Assembly (NCBI GenBank): GCA_013265495.1
Contig: MU057521.1
Coordinates: 744,001 to 808,000, forward strand
Reading direction: 5' to 3'
Length of the DNA: 64,000 nucleotides
Source: Vicugna vicugna
Lineage: Eukaryota
This document shows, piece after piece, positions 1 to 12,824 of the stretch. How positions within the stretch are numbered: the stretch's first letter is position 1; each line of letters opens with the position of its first letter. The translations under genes and the position numbers were made by a program. The notes below the pieces were generated by a model. The model saw only the letters and a program-made list of their open reading frames with translations. It did not search any database and had not been told where the DNA came from.

Positions 1-328
1 GTGAGACAGAGCAGCCTGAAATCGCCTCGGACTGCCATTCCCTCGTCTGTCCGAGAACCACTGCTGCCACCTCCTGTTCCTGCTCAGGAATGCTGCCGGA
101 GGAAATCGGCCCACTAGGCTCTCTTCCTGCTGAAATAGCATTTATTCACCCTTTATTTAAGCACAGCACTTTCTAGAAACTGGTATTCTGACCTCAAATT
201 TAATAAAACAGGTGACTTGCATCTCACATCAAGGCATTAACAGGGCACCAGGGAAAAGTTTACAACCCAGACTTAAAAACTGGACTTGTGGTTTTGTTTT
301 TAAAAACAAAGTCATTTGTATCCTGCAG

Positions 329-496
329 GTGTAATTAGGACAGCACTCATGAATATGGACCGAGAAGCCAAAGAATACTATGAAGTGATTATCCAAGCCA
401 AGGACATGGGAGGGCAGCTTGGAGGATTAGCTGGGACCACAACGGTCAACATCACGCTCTCGGATGTCAATGATAACCCGCCCCGCTTTCCCCAGA
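329..496 (+). CDS. CDH20: Cadherin-20 internal coding exon, first in window (EC2 C-terminal half)
   Basis: Acceptor tcctgcag| and donor CAGA|gtgagt; 168 nt, phase 1-1. Encodes [29 protein letters not shown]...[11 protein letters not shown] with the cadherin DRE, AxDxG and DxNDNxP Ca-binding motifs. Confidence 0.95.
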
Positions 497-984
497 GTGA
501 GTACCTAAGCAGTGAGAGTACAGACCTCAGGCCAGAGGGACGCACCTGTGACAGAGGTGAACGACAAAGGCCAGTCTGAGTTCCTCTTTGAGTTCAACTA
601 TGCATGGATTCCTTCCCAACATTTATCATGCAATTCTCACATAACCATTTCCCTTGTAGGCCCCAACTCCCCACAGCACTCCACCAGTGTTCCTCACTTT
701 TTTCACTATCACCTCCCTATGGAGCCTTTTTAGACCTTTTTTTCTTGATTGTCATGCCCTACTCTGCCACCTCATAAAATTAAATATTAAGGAATAAGGT
801 TTTGTTGGCTAGGGGTGAAATTTAGAGAGCCAGAAATCACTGTAACGTCTAAGATTTTTTTTCATCTCTTTCCTAACATGAATCCTTTTTGCCCCCAAGG
901 ATGCAATACTGCCCTTGTTGAGAATGCATGGGGAGAAACTAAGCCAAAACTACAGGTGGACACAGTGACCCAACTGACCACCTT

Positions 985-1960
985 AACCAATCAATTCACA
1001 AGCAGGTACCGAGTGCCTGCTTTGCAAGGGCCCTGGGCATGAGGGGCACAAGATGCTTGAAACCCAGTCCCTCCCTCTGTGAAGCTTAAAATCCAAATGG
1101 GGAGAACATACTTGATACTCATCAAAAGTTGACCAAGAAGCAGTATTTGTGTGCCACTTGATTAGTGCAGAGTGAAGCCTTCACAATAAACTAAGATGAA
1201 TGAAGGCTTCATAAAAGAATGAGGGTTCAACAGGGGATTGAAGAATAAAAAGGATTCAAATAGGAAGAAAGAAAACATTTCAGAAAGAGGAAGCCATTCA
1301 TTCATTCAAAAAATACTTGTTTCAGGCAACATTCTAGGCATGGAATATAAAGACCTAGAAACAAAGTTGCAAATGTAATTTTGTCTTCAAAGATCCCTAA
1401 AATGGAGACCTGCTCTTTAGTGTTTCAGATGCATTATATTTCTAATGGAAGTCACTGCAAAGTTTTTGAGTAAGTGAGAGACATACAGGAAGGCTAATTT
1501 GATAACCATGTACAGAACTGGTTGGCAGGGGTGGAAACTAGAAGCAGGAGAGTCCATCAGGAGGCATTTAGAGTGGTCCAGATTTGAACTGATAAGGATG
1601 TAAGGAAATGGCAGAAGGAGTGGAGTTGGCCAATTAACAAAAGAGAGATTTCAGCCTCTTGATTTCTTGGCTAAAGGAACCAAAGCAGAGGGTGGAGTCA
1701 AAGATGACAATGATGTTTTAAGTCTGGGTAACAGGGAGAAGAATTGTACTACTGAGAGAAACAGAGGATGCATAATGGAACTAGTGGCAGGGAAGGAAGA
1801 CGACAAATTCAGGTTTGAAAATAAAGTGACAGCGGGACAATCAGATTGAATGTCCTTAAGGAAGGGAGAATATACAACTATGACTGTGGAATAGAGCCCA
1901 GGAATGGAGATGTGAATTTGAGAAGCAGATGCCTAAAAGAGAGCAGCTGGAGAAGTGACA
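985..1960 (-). mobile_element. Degraded LINE-2 fragments
   Basis: L2 3'-end signature (cattcattcattcaaaaaatact) and purine-rich L2 body sequence. Confidence 0.6.
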
Positions 1961-4355
1961 GCAGCAGACACAGTTCCAAGTGAGACTTAACCAGGGGAAT
2001 CAGGTTCAACAAAACAACTAAACTAAAAACAGAGCCAAACTAGATCATCAGCTGAACAGATACATTTTGCATCAGCCAGATCATGTAAACCGTTTATTTT
2101 ATCCATGTAAGTACAGGAAGAGAATTCAAATACTTTCATCCAACTGGTATACACAAAGTCCTCATGAAATTTCATGAAACTACAAGACAGGATAATAGAT
2201 AAGCACTTCACAAGTGGCACAAATGAGTAGGTTACTAAGTTGATTGGGTCATTGTTACGGAGCAGTAATGTGTCATGGAACAGTTTATGACATGCCATGT
2301 GGATTGGTGTCTTAATTGCTTTGCTGACCCTGTGACTTCTATCTTTATTATTTCATGAATGGCTCACATGGCGCACACTGTAGACCACAGACTCTTGAAC
2401 AGGCTTAAACTATCCTACTTGGCTTTTGTAATTTGACACTAGACAGTATCTCTGATAAAGGTAAAAAGGGAAGAAGAATGAAGTTATTACATAGCTCCTA
2501 AGTATGTAGATATGGATGTAACTGCAGGAAAGCTGTTATCTCCCCACACATGGTAGCTTCACAGTAGCATAACACAATACAATGATAACTGGGATTTTAG
2601 ATCTACCTTACAAGCCAACATCTTAACCCCATTCTAAAGCACACATTTTGAGTTGTCATCTTTTTTTTTTTTGAAATAATGGAGAATCTAGAATAAACTG
2701 GAAGCATGGATTATGCTGCACGGGAAACAAAATGGAAATGTATAAAAGTCATCTCTGTGTCTCCAAGCATTCTTCACACATTATCCCTGTTTCCTTTAAA
2801 AGTCATTATTTTTGGACTTTCAAATTTTTTTATCTCACCATTAAATGTTTCCTTTTCTATTTGCTAAAACTAAGTTTAAATGATCTCATTATTCCATAAC
2901 GAACCTTGCATGAACTCTTCTGTATTATTAATCTGATTCTTCATTGTAGAAATCTCACTTTGCATCTTTTTCGCAAGTGCTATCGTACGTGATTATCAGA
3001 TGCTGACAAAATGACACACCTACTATCTTATATTGAACAAGCTCAGTCACCTTTAAGTGAACCAAATATAATGGAATATCAAGACCTCAGGCTAATATAT
3101 GTAGAAACTGTATGTATATGTCTGTTTAAACACATAGGCTTCCTGGAGAAAATTATAAGCAAATACATGTTTGCTCTTCCCAAACATGTTCTGTAATAGT
3201 AAAGTCTAATCCATCAACGATTTTGGAAGTAAAAAGATCATGGAATCCAAATGCCTGCCTATTTAGTGCAAGCTAACAATTTCCTGGCTTATACTAGCAA
3301 AAAACAGTCATCGTTTCTTCTCCCATGCAAGGGAGGGTGCTGCGAGCCGCCTGGGTGCTGTCAGCCTCCCCTAATCTTTGTGAAACTCGAGCCTTCACAT
3401 CCCAAGCTTCCCAGGTCCACATCCCCACAACTTGCAATACATATCAGAATAAGAGAGACCATGTACATACAGAAAAATTGTGTGATTTTATTATTTAGTC
3501 ATTCACATTATGATTGACAAAATAATGAAAAATGGCAAACAGTTTAGTCCCAGAGAAGGTAAATTAATGAAAACACAACTCCATGGGGATGAAAATGAAC
3601 TGAATTAGTGAATTCAGGATATCAAATTGAAAAGGAGAACATTACTGGCTTTGAGCTTCTTACTTTTGTGAGAGATCTGAGTGTATTCTATTCTGAAAAA
3701 GAGAAGAACAAAAAGCATCAGGGGTCTGTCCATAAAGAAGCTGCCAGTAGGTAGTCCCAGGTGCAAGGACGCATTGATGGATAACACATGAAGCTGGTGG
3801 AGCTCACTCTCCATGGCTGGTCCTCCTTTGTAGATATCACTGGTTAACCATTAAATCTGGGCAGGTGGTTGTAGACAGGGGCACTGAGCACACTGGCCAG
3901 CGCACGAAGGAAAACGTGGGCATTTGAAACGTGAAAAGAATAAATACATACTTTGGGACCACAATGTTTTTTCTATCTTTCTCAGAAGATATTAATTTTT
4001 GGAGAAATAGTTCATTAGGAAGGACTGTAAGACTGGAAAGCAAGGTACTTCCTACCACTCTGAAGGTAGATTCACTGAGATGAGAAATATTTGGGATTTT
4101 ATCCTGTCCCATTCCTAGGATCATGATCAGGGTATTCTGGCTCCTCTTTACTGAACAGCCAGTACAAGCTATGACCCAATAATGTTTGCTCAGCTTCTCT
4201 GGATCTCAGTTTTGCATCTGTAAAACTTAAGTTTTAATTTTTGGACCAAGAAAAAGATGTTTTGCACGGTATGGCGGATATGATGTGACACTGAGGAGGC
4301 GTTTTTTTCGTAATGACAGATTACCAAAACTGCATGTTCTGACTCTTCTTCACAG

Positions 4356-4543
4356 AACATTATCAGATGAGTGTGTTGGAATCAGCTCCAGTTAGCTCTA
4401 CTGTGGGGAGAGTGTTTGCCAAGGACTTGGATGAAGGAATCAATGCGGAGATGAAGTACACCATTGTGGATGGAGATGGAGCAGATGCCTTCGACATCAA
4501 CACAGATCCCAATTTCCAAGTTGGCATCATAACTGTGAAGAAG
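4356..4543 (+). CDS. CDH20: Cadherin-20 coding exon (EC3 N-terminal half)
   Basis: Acceptor cttcacag| and donor AAG|gtaatc; 188 nt. Encodes (K)HYQMSVLESAPVSSTVGRVFAKDLDEGINAEMKY...GIITVKK, in frame with the previous exon. Confidence 0.95.
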
Positions 4544-5256
4544 GTAATCCACCTCCTTTCCCCAAATCACTTCAATGGAGGCTTGAATGTGTATGTGATA
4601 TTAGTAAGGGCTGTTACAGTACTGATATGTAGTGCTTCAAATTCTCTGATAAACCCTCTTTCCTATTATTAAGAAAAAATTCTTCCTCCTTTTACTTACA
4701 AGTAAACACTGGCTGTGTCATCATTGTACAGAAAGGATACGAAGTCGTGATAAAAATATATAAAAATGTCACTTCTCCTAGCTCACTAATCAACCACTTC
4801 AAAACAAAAACTGTTGTAGCTTAATTCCCTAATGATGTTAATGACTTAACCAATATTTGCACTTGTATAACCTCATTTTTACTATAGTATACCACAAAGC
4901 AAGCTATACTATTATTATTAATCAATAAATAACATACAGGGATTTTAATTGCTACTTAAAGACCCATAGATATTAATTAGGCTTGGAAAGCTTTATTAAA
5001 CATAGCTGCCGAGTGATGTTATCACTTGAAACTCCTTCATTTCATAATACATTAACAAATTTTCTAAATGTAAGCAATGGATTCTGTGGCATAAAGCACA
5101 TACGGGCATACTCAGCTGAAAGATAAAACCTGAAAAAACTGAAGTTTTAACATCCTAATAAACACATCTGAGAAAACACATTAATTCAAAAATTCGTTGA
5201 TTTAATCATCCTTCTCCTCTATTTTAAATGAGTTTTAAAGCCCAAGATATCTTGAA

Positions 5257-6660
5257 TTATTTATTCAACAAATACTTGTTGAGTGTCTATGTGTCAGGTA
5301 CTGTGCTAGGCATTTAACGTAGAGACTAAATAAAACCACCAAAAACCTCTGCCCTCTCGAAGTTTACATTCTAGTGAGGGGAAGAAGACAATCAAAATAG
5401 CAAGTAAGTCAATAAAGTAGTATATCAGAAGGTATTAAGTGCTCTGGAGGAGGGAATGTAAAGTGAGATCAGAAAAGCCAACTTTTGTGACTTCAAATTT
5501 AATTGGGTGGTTGGGATTGGCCTCACAGAGAAGTGACATTTATGCAAAGACTTCTCATGGGCAGAGTCACAGCACAGAACTGGGCAGGTTGACAATGTGC
5601 AACCCTGGGAGGTGTCCTGTAAGTGACTTTCAGTGAGAATTGTAAATGGCAACTGTGCAGATGAGGAAATGGACATGGAGATATTGAGAAAAGTGTTCCA
5701 GGAAAAGGAACAGCCAGTACAAAGGCCATGAAGTGGGATGCTGCCTAGTTTGTTTCAAGAACAGGAAGGGGGTTTGTAAGGCTGGAGGGGAAGACTAGTA
5801 GGAGATGAAATCAGAAAAACAGCAAGGGGGCCAGACTGTGTAGAACCTTGTAGGCACATATAAGGACTTCGGGTTTTAATCTGAGTAAAGTGGAGAACTG
5901 GAGGATTTTAACAGATGTGTGACATCACTGGACTTTCATTACAAAATAATTACTCTGTAAGCTGTGTTGAGAAAAGACCATAAGAGGGCAAGGATGGCAA
6001 CAGGGACACTAGCTGAAAGGTTATTGCAATAATCCAGGTAAGAGATGATGGTAGCTTAGTCTAGGGTATTAAGGTGGTGAGAACTGGTCAGATTGGAATA
6101 TATTTTGAAAGTAGAATCAACACGATTTCCTAACAGACTGGATGAGGGTATGAAGAAAAAGAGGAGTCATCTGAGCAACAAAAATAGAGCTGCCATTAAC
6201 TGAGATGGGGAAATAACTGGGGTTCAGTTTCTGGCACATTACGATTGCAACATCTATTAGACACCCAAGTGGAGATGTGTAGTAGCTGTTGACTATAAGA
6301 GTGTGGAATCTGGAGAAGAGTTCTCAGCTGGAACGATAAATATGAGAGTCATAAATGGTACTTAAAGCAAATAAAAAAGAATGCTTTTCTAAGGGACTGA
6401 GCACAGATGCAGAAGAGGACAGTAAGATGAGCCCTGTCACCCCAAAGTGATGAGGTCAGGGAGAGCAAGGAGACTGATGAGAGCCCAGGGAAGCAGGAGG
6501 AAAATCAGGAGAGTGTGCTGTCCTGAAGATATGAAGAAACTGCTTCCAAGAGAAGGGAATGACTGCCTATGACAAATATTGCTTAAGTTTATATAAGAAC
6601 ACTGAAAATTCATCACAGGTTTAGAAATATGGAGGTCACTGATGACCTTGACAAAAGCAA
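5257..6660 (-). mobile_element. LINE-2 (L2a-like) 3' portion
   Basis: tttattcaacaaatacttgttgagtgtctatgtgtcaggtactgtgctagg followed by typical L2 body up to ggtcactgatgaccttgacaaaagc. Confidence 0.85.
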
Positions 6661-9269
6661 CGAAGTCATAACTTAGAATGTGGCACAGTTAATGTGTTTA
6701 ATAACAACTTTATTCTGTGTTGTTCCATACAGTAGAATTAACACTGTCTTAGAAGGGAAGAGTTCACGTTTGTCCCATATTTACTTAAGGTACAAATACA
6801 GCAAAAGAGCTGATATAGCCAGCATTCCTCCAACGAGAAATCTTTATAACCAGCATACAATGACCTTAATATAGTGCAAAATGTTGAGATTAACTTTGGA
6901 ATCATCATATAAATCTGAATATAAATTAAATATTGCAGTTTCTTATTTATTTGCATTCTTTGAGAATTAATATTGCATGCTAGAATTATAAAAGGTGACA
7001 AGAAATAATAATACCAATTTGGTATATGACATAAGATTAAGAACATTCCCCTATTATGTGGCATGCCTCAAGTGAAAAATTAATAATACACTGCTTACCA
7101 TGATTGGTAACTACAAACAAGGTAAAAGCTCAAAGTTTTGGATAATTATTATCTCTTTAATGCAAAAAGTATCTTTAAAAAAACAAAGCAATCAGAAAAA
7201 GAACTTTTGAGTGTCTTGATACATTTAAGATTTTACTTTATATCTTAATATATAAGATAATTCTAAATACTGACACAATAATATTAATTTATATTAAATT
7301 ATTAGATTATATTTTAGACCTTATTGCAAGCCATTGATTTTAAAAATATGAACTATTACAATTTTGTATATGATGAGATCAGTTCAGGGTGGTAGAGCAA
7401 TAGACTGTATCTGAAAGAAACCTCAAAATGTCATTTCTCCAGCTTCCTTACCTGGAGAGCAGATTAAACCTCGTAAGACAGAACACTGTCTTTCACTGTC
7501 ATTGCTAAAACTATATCCATGTTTAATCAAAACATACATCAATTTTACCAAGGTCATTTGTATTTCTCTTATGAACTTATGAGGTGCCAGAAAATTGAAC
7601 TAAGGAAGAGGTCAATAAGTTCAGTAGATGGACAAGTCAAATATAATAAATACTTTAGAGGCTATTGAGCACTCGATCTATGTTTGGAACAACATTCACT
7701 CAGTTGCTTGATCCACACCCATCTTCCTACTTTGTCGTTAATAATATCATGTAAAATTGAAACAAAAGTTCTGCTTTTGATTTATTTCCCTAAGGCCTAT
7801 TATTTGTCTAAAAAGCACATACTTTTTCAAAAAGAGAAATTAAGTTGAATTGATAGAACTGGGTCTTCATAAAACCACACTGATTACTACCCAGTACCTT
7901 GTGTCTTTTTGGCTTTTAAGTAATCAATCAATTGATTTTCAGTCTTTTAATTAAAATGCTTGAAAGATAACTTGAAATATCTAATTTTCAGAATGTTCTT
8001 TATTCTATGTGAGCATGATCTTGTCTTCAGCATGTCTTCCATCTTTCAGAACACAATAAACAATCGTTTTGAGTCCACTCTCCTCTTAGGCAAGCCACAA
8101 AGCACAAAACTTCTGTATTTCATCAAACCTAAGGTGCCATGAATTGTAAATCTTACCACTGTTTTATATACCACTTAAAAAAAACTCTTGCCAACTTCAA
8201 TGATATAATGCTTTCTCATTCCTTACTTTGTAGTGTCTGCAAAAGCTCTTGCAGACACAGACATATTTGCTTCACTGATATCAGATTTACTCTCTGCTGT
8301 TGTTTCCATGCCATTTTGCCTACACAACAACTTTTGTTTCAATGTTGAATCATAATGCAATCTTTCTGAAGACATTTTAGAAGGCAGTAACGTTCAACAC
8401 ATGTATTACCAACAGTGTGCAGAACTCAACTTAAGTACAACATGAAGGACTTTGACCAGGGTTGGCTAGCACCAACAGTGACAAGCACATCCTACCTCCT
8501 GCTGGCCTACAGCAATTGAAGAGATATCCCTATTTCCAAAACGTCAAAAGATGAAAAGATGTATACCTCTGCATATACTGAACCACTGAAATATGGTAAC
8601 ATAAAATCTGTGTATATCATCACTCACTCAACTAGTACACGGTAATTCTCACATTAAAAAACCTTTGCACTGTTCAACGTAACATTTTATTGCTGCCTTT
8701 TGGGTTCTGGGCCCTTGCTAGGCACTGGGGAATAAAATTCTAAGTCATAGTCTTTGCCCTTTAGTATTGTGAAAGCGACCAACACAGAAAGAAATATTTA
8801 TAATACAAAATAAGAAGAGCCACAATGGAAGTAAAACAAAGTACGATGGGAAAAGAAGGTGGGAACAATTAATTCTGCTGAGGAAAGCTGCATTACTATT
8901 TTTTGCCACACTTTTCATTACTCAATTTTCAAGGATATAATGAGTTTTCATTTTTGTGTGCTCCAATTCTAGGAAACTTCTTGAATTTGGAACTTGAGTT
9001 CTGAGACATTACTATGCTTTGATTTACTATTATAAATATGGAAACTCACTGATGCTAAGGAAAAACAGGTAGAAAATTTTTTCAAGAGAGAAAAGTCAAA
9101 CTCATATATCAATTGTAGTCAATTTAAAGCTTAGGATATTTAAGGCAATGTTTTCTTAAAATTTTAAATAATAAAAATTATTTAACTGAGAGAGAATAAT
9201 CTTAATACAAAAATCAATAACTAACTTATTTTAAAAGAAATTTTAACAATAATTAAAAAGTCTACTCTT

Positions 9270-9755
9270 TCAGCAGTTAGAAACATTGGATATCTGCATG
9301 CACACACACACAAAAAGGAACCTTGATTCATACCTCACAAAAATTAACTCAAATTAGATCATTTACCTAAATGTGAAAAACTAAAACTATAAAATTTCTA
9401 GAAGAAAACATGGGAGAAAAATCTTTGTGACCCTGATCAGGTGAAAATTTCTTAGATACAACACCAAAATCCCAAACCACAAAATAAAAAGTGATAAATC
9501 AGATTTATCAAAGTTAAGAGTTCTTTCTCTTCACTGTTAAAAGAATGAAAAAACAAATCACAGATTGGGAGAAGAGATTTGCAAATAACCTGTCTGATAA
9601 AGGACTTGAATATAAAATATATAAAGAACTCTTCAAGAAAACATAAAGAAGATCAACATCAGTAGGCATTACGGAAATGCAAATCAAAACCATGATGAGA
9701 TAGCATTTCACATCCAACAGGATGTGGAGCAACCAAAACTCACACGTTCCTGGTG
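9270..9755 (+). mobile_element. Old LINE-1 (L1M) ORF2 3' fragment
   Basis: aaaattaactcaaa...aaaactataaaatttctagaagaaaaca...tttgcaaat...ctgataaagg...atgcaaatcaaaacc are L1 ORF2 landmarks. Confidence 0.85.
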
Positions 9756-10230
9756 TTTCTACAGTGGCTGCACCAATTCACATTTCCAACAGTGTAGGAG
9801 GGAGTTAGGAGTTCCCAGTGCAGGAGTTTCCTTTTCTCTACACCCTCTCCAGCATTTATTATTTCTAGACTTGTTTTTTTAGGGCACCTAAGTTTAACTG
9901 CTTTTAATTATATTTTTAGACCTTTTGATGATAGTCATTCTGACCAGTGTGAAGTGGTACCTCACTACAGTTTTGATTGGTATTTCCCTAAGAAGTAGCA
10001 ATGTTGAGCATCTTTCATGTGCCTGCTGGCCATCTGGATGCCTTCTTTGGAGAAATGTCTACTTAGGTCTTTGGCCCATTTCTGATTAAGTTGTTTGTTT
10101 TTTGTTATTAATCTGTATGAGCTGTTTGTATATTTTGGAAACTAAGCCCTTGTAGATCACACCATTTGCAAATATCTTCTCCCAGTCCCTAGGTTATTTT
10201 TGTTTTGTTTATGGTTTCCATTCTGTGTGA
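9754..10230 (-). mobile_element. LINE-1 ORF2 3' fragment, antisense
   Basis: cagtggctgcaccaatt...ctctccagcatttatt...ggagaaatgtcta...tttgcaaatatcttctccca. Confidence 0.85.
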
Positions 10231-11233
10231 CTTTTTTTTTTATTATTGATGATATTTTGAGGTAAGTGTTGCTTAAAACTTTTATACATTTTTGTCAGTT
10301 TAAAAAAATGGATTATTTTTAAGAAACAGCATTCAAGTACACTTCCTGCCCTGAAGTGCTGTATTTATTTTGACATAAAACATTCTGAAGGTAAGAAGAG
10401 ATCCAAACAAGGAACTATCAAAAAAGTTACATTTTATGACATGGGATTTTATTAGACAAAGTTAAATTTATGTGGATGAGGCCTGAATGAGGTATTTAAA
10501 AACCTAGAGCAGCATTTCTACTCTGACACAGTGTAACCACGTCAGCTTAGTCTAGTCTTCCACCCTCTTGGTCTCAGTGTCTTTAACTGTGAAATGAGGC
10601 ATTGGATTAGGTTTTTAAATATATTCATTGACAAATATACCAATGTATATATTTAAAAGAGATTGTCTCTGACAAACTAAATACATAAATACTGACCTGA
10701 CTCAATGCCCTGAGAATCTCTGTGAGGTGCTTATTGATAGCTTCTTGGGGGAAAAATATCAGTATTTTTTTTTGTATTGTACTCAGTTATTTTTAAAGAT
10801 GAAAACAGAAAAGCCTCGGCCTCAGTTGTATGGATATTCTGAAACAGAACTCAAACTCTCTCTTAATTATCATGGCATTTTTTCAAATGAACAAACATTT
10901 TTAAGATAAGGTGGCCACGCCAATTAAAGAGTAGACAAGTTAAAGTCAGCCTTGCCCAGGGTACAGTGGCTTTCTTACTCAGCAAACTGGCTTCCTTCAC
11001 TATCTCTGAAGCATCTAGCATCCTCCTTATCTTCGTCACCCAAGTTGTTGGAACTGACATTAAGACCAAGAACGATGGAACAAAAGAAAAATTCCCCTTA
11101 TTTTTCCTCTTGCCCCTTTTGCATAATTTTAACGCATTTGGGAATCTATCCATCAGCCATCAGTATTGACCATTCTTCAAAATTCTGACATATATGCTCC
11201 TAGCTAATCAATTTTCCTGTCATTACTTTTCAG

Positions 11234-11487
11234 CCTCTGAGTTTTGAAAGCAAGAAAAGCTACACCTTAAAAGTGGAGGGAGCCAATCCTCACCTAGAAA
11301 TGCGTTTTCTGAACCTCGGCCCGTTTCAGGACACAACCACAGTGCACATCAGTGTGGAAGACGTGGATGAGCCCCCTGTGTTTGAACCTGGCTTTTATTT
11401 TGTGGAGGTACCTGAAGATGTGGCGATTGGAACAACCATACAGATCATTTCTGCCAAGGACCCAGATGTGACCAACAACTCAATCAG
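11234..11487 (+). CDS. CDH20: Cadherin-20 coding exon (EC3 end / EC4 start)
   Basis: Acceptor acttttcag| and donor ATCAG|gttttc; 254 nt. Encodes PLSFESKKSYTLKVEGANPHLE...DVDEPPVF...AKDPDVTNNSI(R). Confidence 0.95.
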
Positions 11488-11704
11488 GTTTTCCCACACA
11501 TTCCACCTTTTCCTTATGTCCTAGAATCTTCCCTTCCCTTGTATCTAGTTTTCTAGTACTTTTTCTCTCTGGTTCTTCCATCTCTGAAGATTCTTCTATT
11601 TCTTTAAATTCTTTCTGCTTAAATGATACAGCCTTTTCATGTTATTTAGAAGTATAATTATGTCTACAATTCCCAGTCAACTGGTTCAGCAATACATATA
11701 CCCC

Positions 11705-11875
11705 TTAGTTCTCAATTGTGGCCTTACTGACATTTGAGGGTGGATAATTCTTTTCTGTGGGGCTGTCCTGTGCATTGGACGATATTTAGCAGCACCTCTG
11801 GCCTCTCCCCACTTAATGCTGGTAGCACCCCCTAAGTTGTAACAACATAAAACATCCCCAGATATTACCAAATAC
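11705..11875 (-). mobile_element. MER20-like hAT MITE
   Basis: ggggctgtcctgtgcattg...tttagcagca.ctctggcctct.cccact...gtagcacccc matches my recollection of the MER20 reverse complement. Confidence 0.8.
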
Positions 11876-12782
11876 ACAGACACATAGATGCCAAAACATT
11901 AAAAATTGTTGAATCGTAGTGGTAAATATAAAGGTTATCACTGCACATTCTTTTCATTTTTAAGAGCATTTGGCTTTTTACTTTTAAACAATGGAAAAAG
12001 AAACATATAAAACATATACAAACACATTATTTCTGTACAGACATAGAAACCACTACTGTTGTCAACAGTTTTGATCCCATACAGATTGGCTTTCTATTGC
12101 AAAGTGTGTTTTAAACTTAAAAATTCTAGGCTAGATGCTTCCCCCTCAAGAAGGGGGCGGACAGCTGCTCTTATAACCATAGCCATTTCCCACTGACTCT
12201 GGAACCAAAGCGCAAACAGCTGGTGGACAGGTTGACACCTCAGCCTTCCAGAGCAACTGCCAAGCCTCTGAAGCTTGACACAAAAGATCAGGATTCCAAG
12301 CCTGTTTGAAGCCATCTGTCGCATTAATTGTTGAAAGCCACACAAATGGATGTGGGGCTAAGTGCAGATAGCACATTTAAAACACACCCTGACTTATCAA
12401 AGGCCTTTTCTGTCAGCTGGCTACTTCCCTCACCTGGTGCTATTTTGTATTTAATTAAAATGTGCTTTTGCAGTTTAATAAAGATGATTCTCTCCTGAGA
12501 TTATGCTGGGGGAGATCTGCTTCCTCTAACCAATTAGCAAACATTTTACATTTTTAGACATTAAAATGGCTTAAATTATTTTGTCTGAATTCTAATGTTC
12601 ATTCTTTAGAAGGCAACTAATCTTTATGAGTTATACCAACTTTACAGAAGTGATGTTTGAACCTTAAGCTTTTTAAATGTATAACAGGATGGGAAGAAGT
12701 TAGTGAAACCGTGTTATCCTCAAAACAACCACAACATAAATGAATCCAATTCTAGGTTTCTATTTTCAGGAACCAAGAAAAT

Positions 12783-12784
<2 letters not shown>

Positions 12785-12822
<38 letters not shown>
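12785..12822. repeat. (CA)n microsatellite
   Basis: Directly visible CA run. Confidence 0.95.

Positions 12823-12824
<2 letters not shown>

Noticed and set aside
1173..1211. 11-bp inverted repeat TGAAGCCTTCA...TGAAGGCTTCA
   Set aside because: Too short for a pre-miRNA, lies in decayed L2-like sequence, and has no supporting context.
2162..2177. Perfect 16-bp palindrome TCATGAAATTTCATGA
   Set aside because: About one palindrome of this size is expected by chance in 64 kb of AT-rich DNA.
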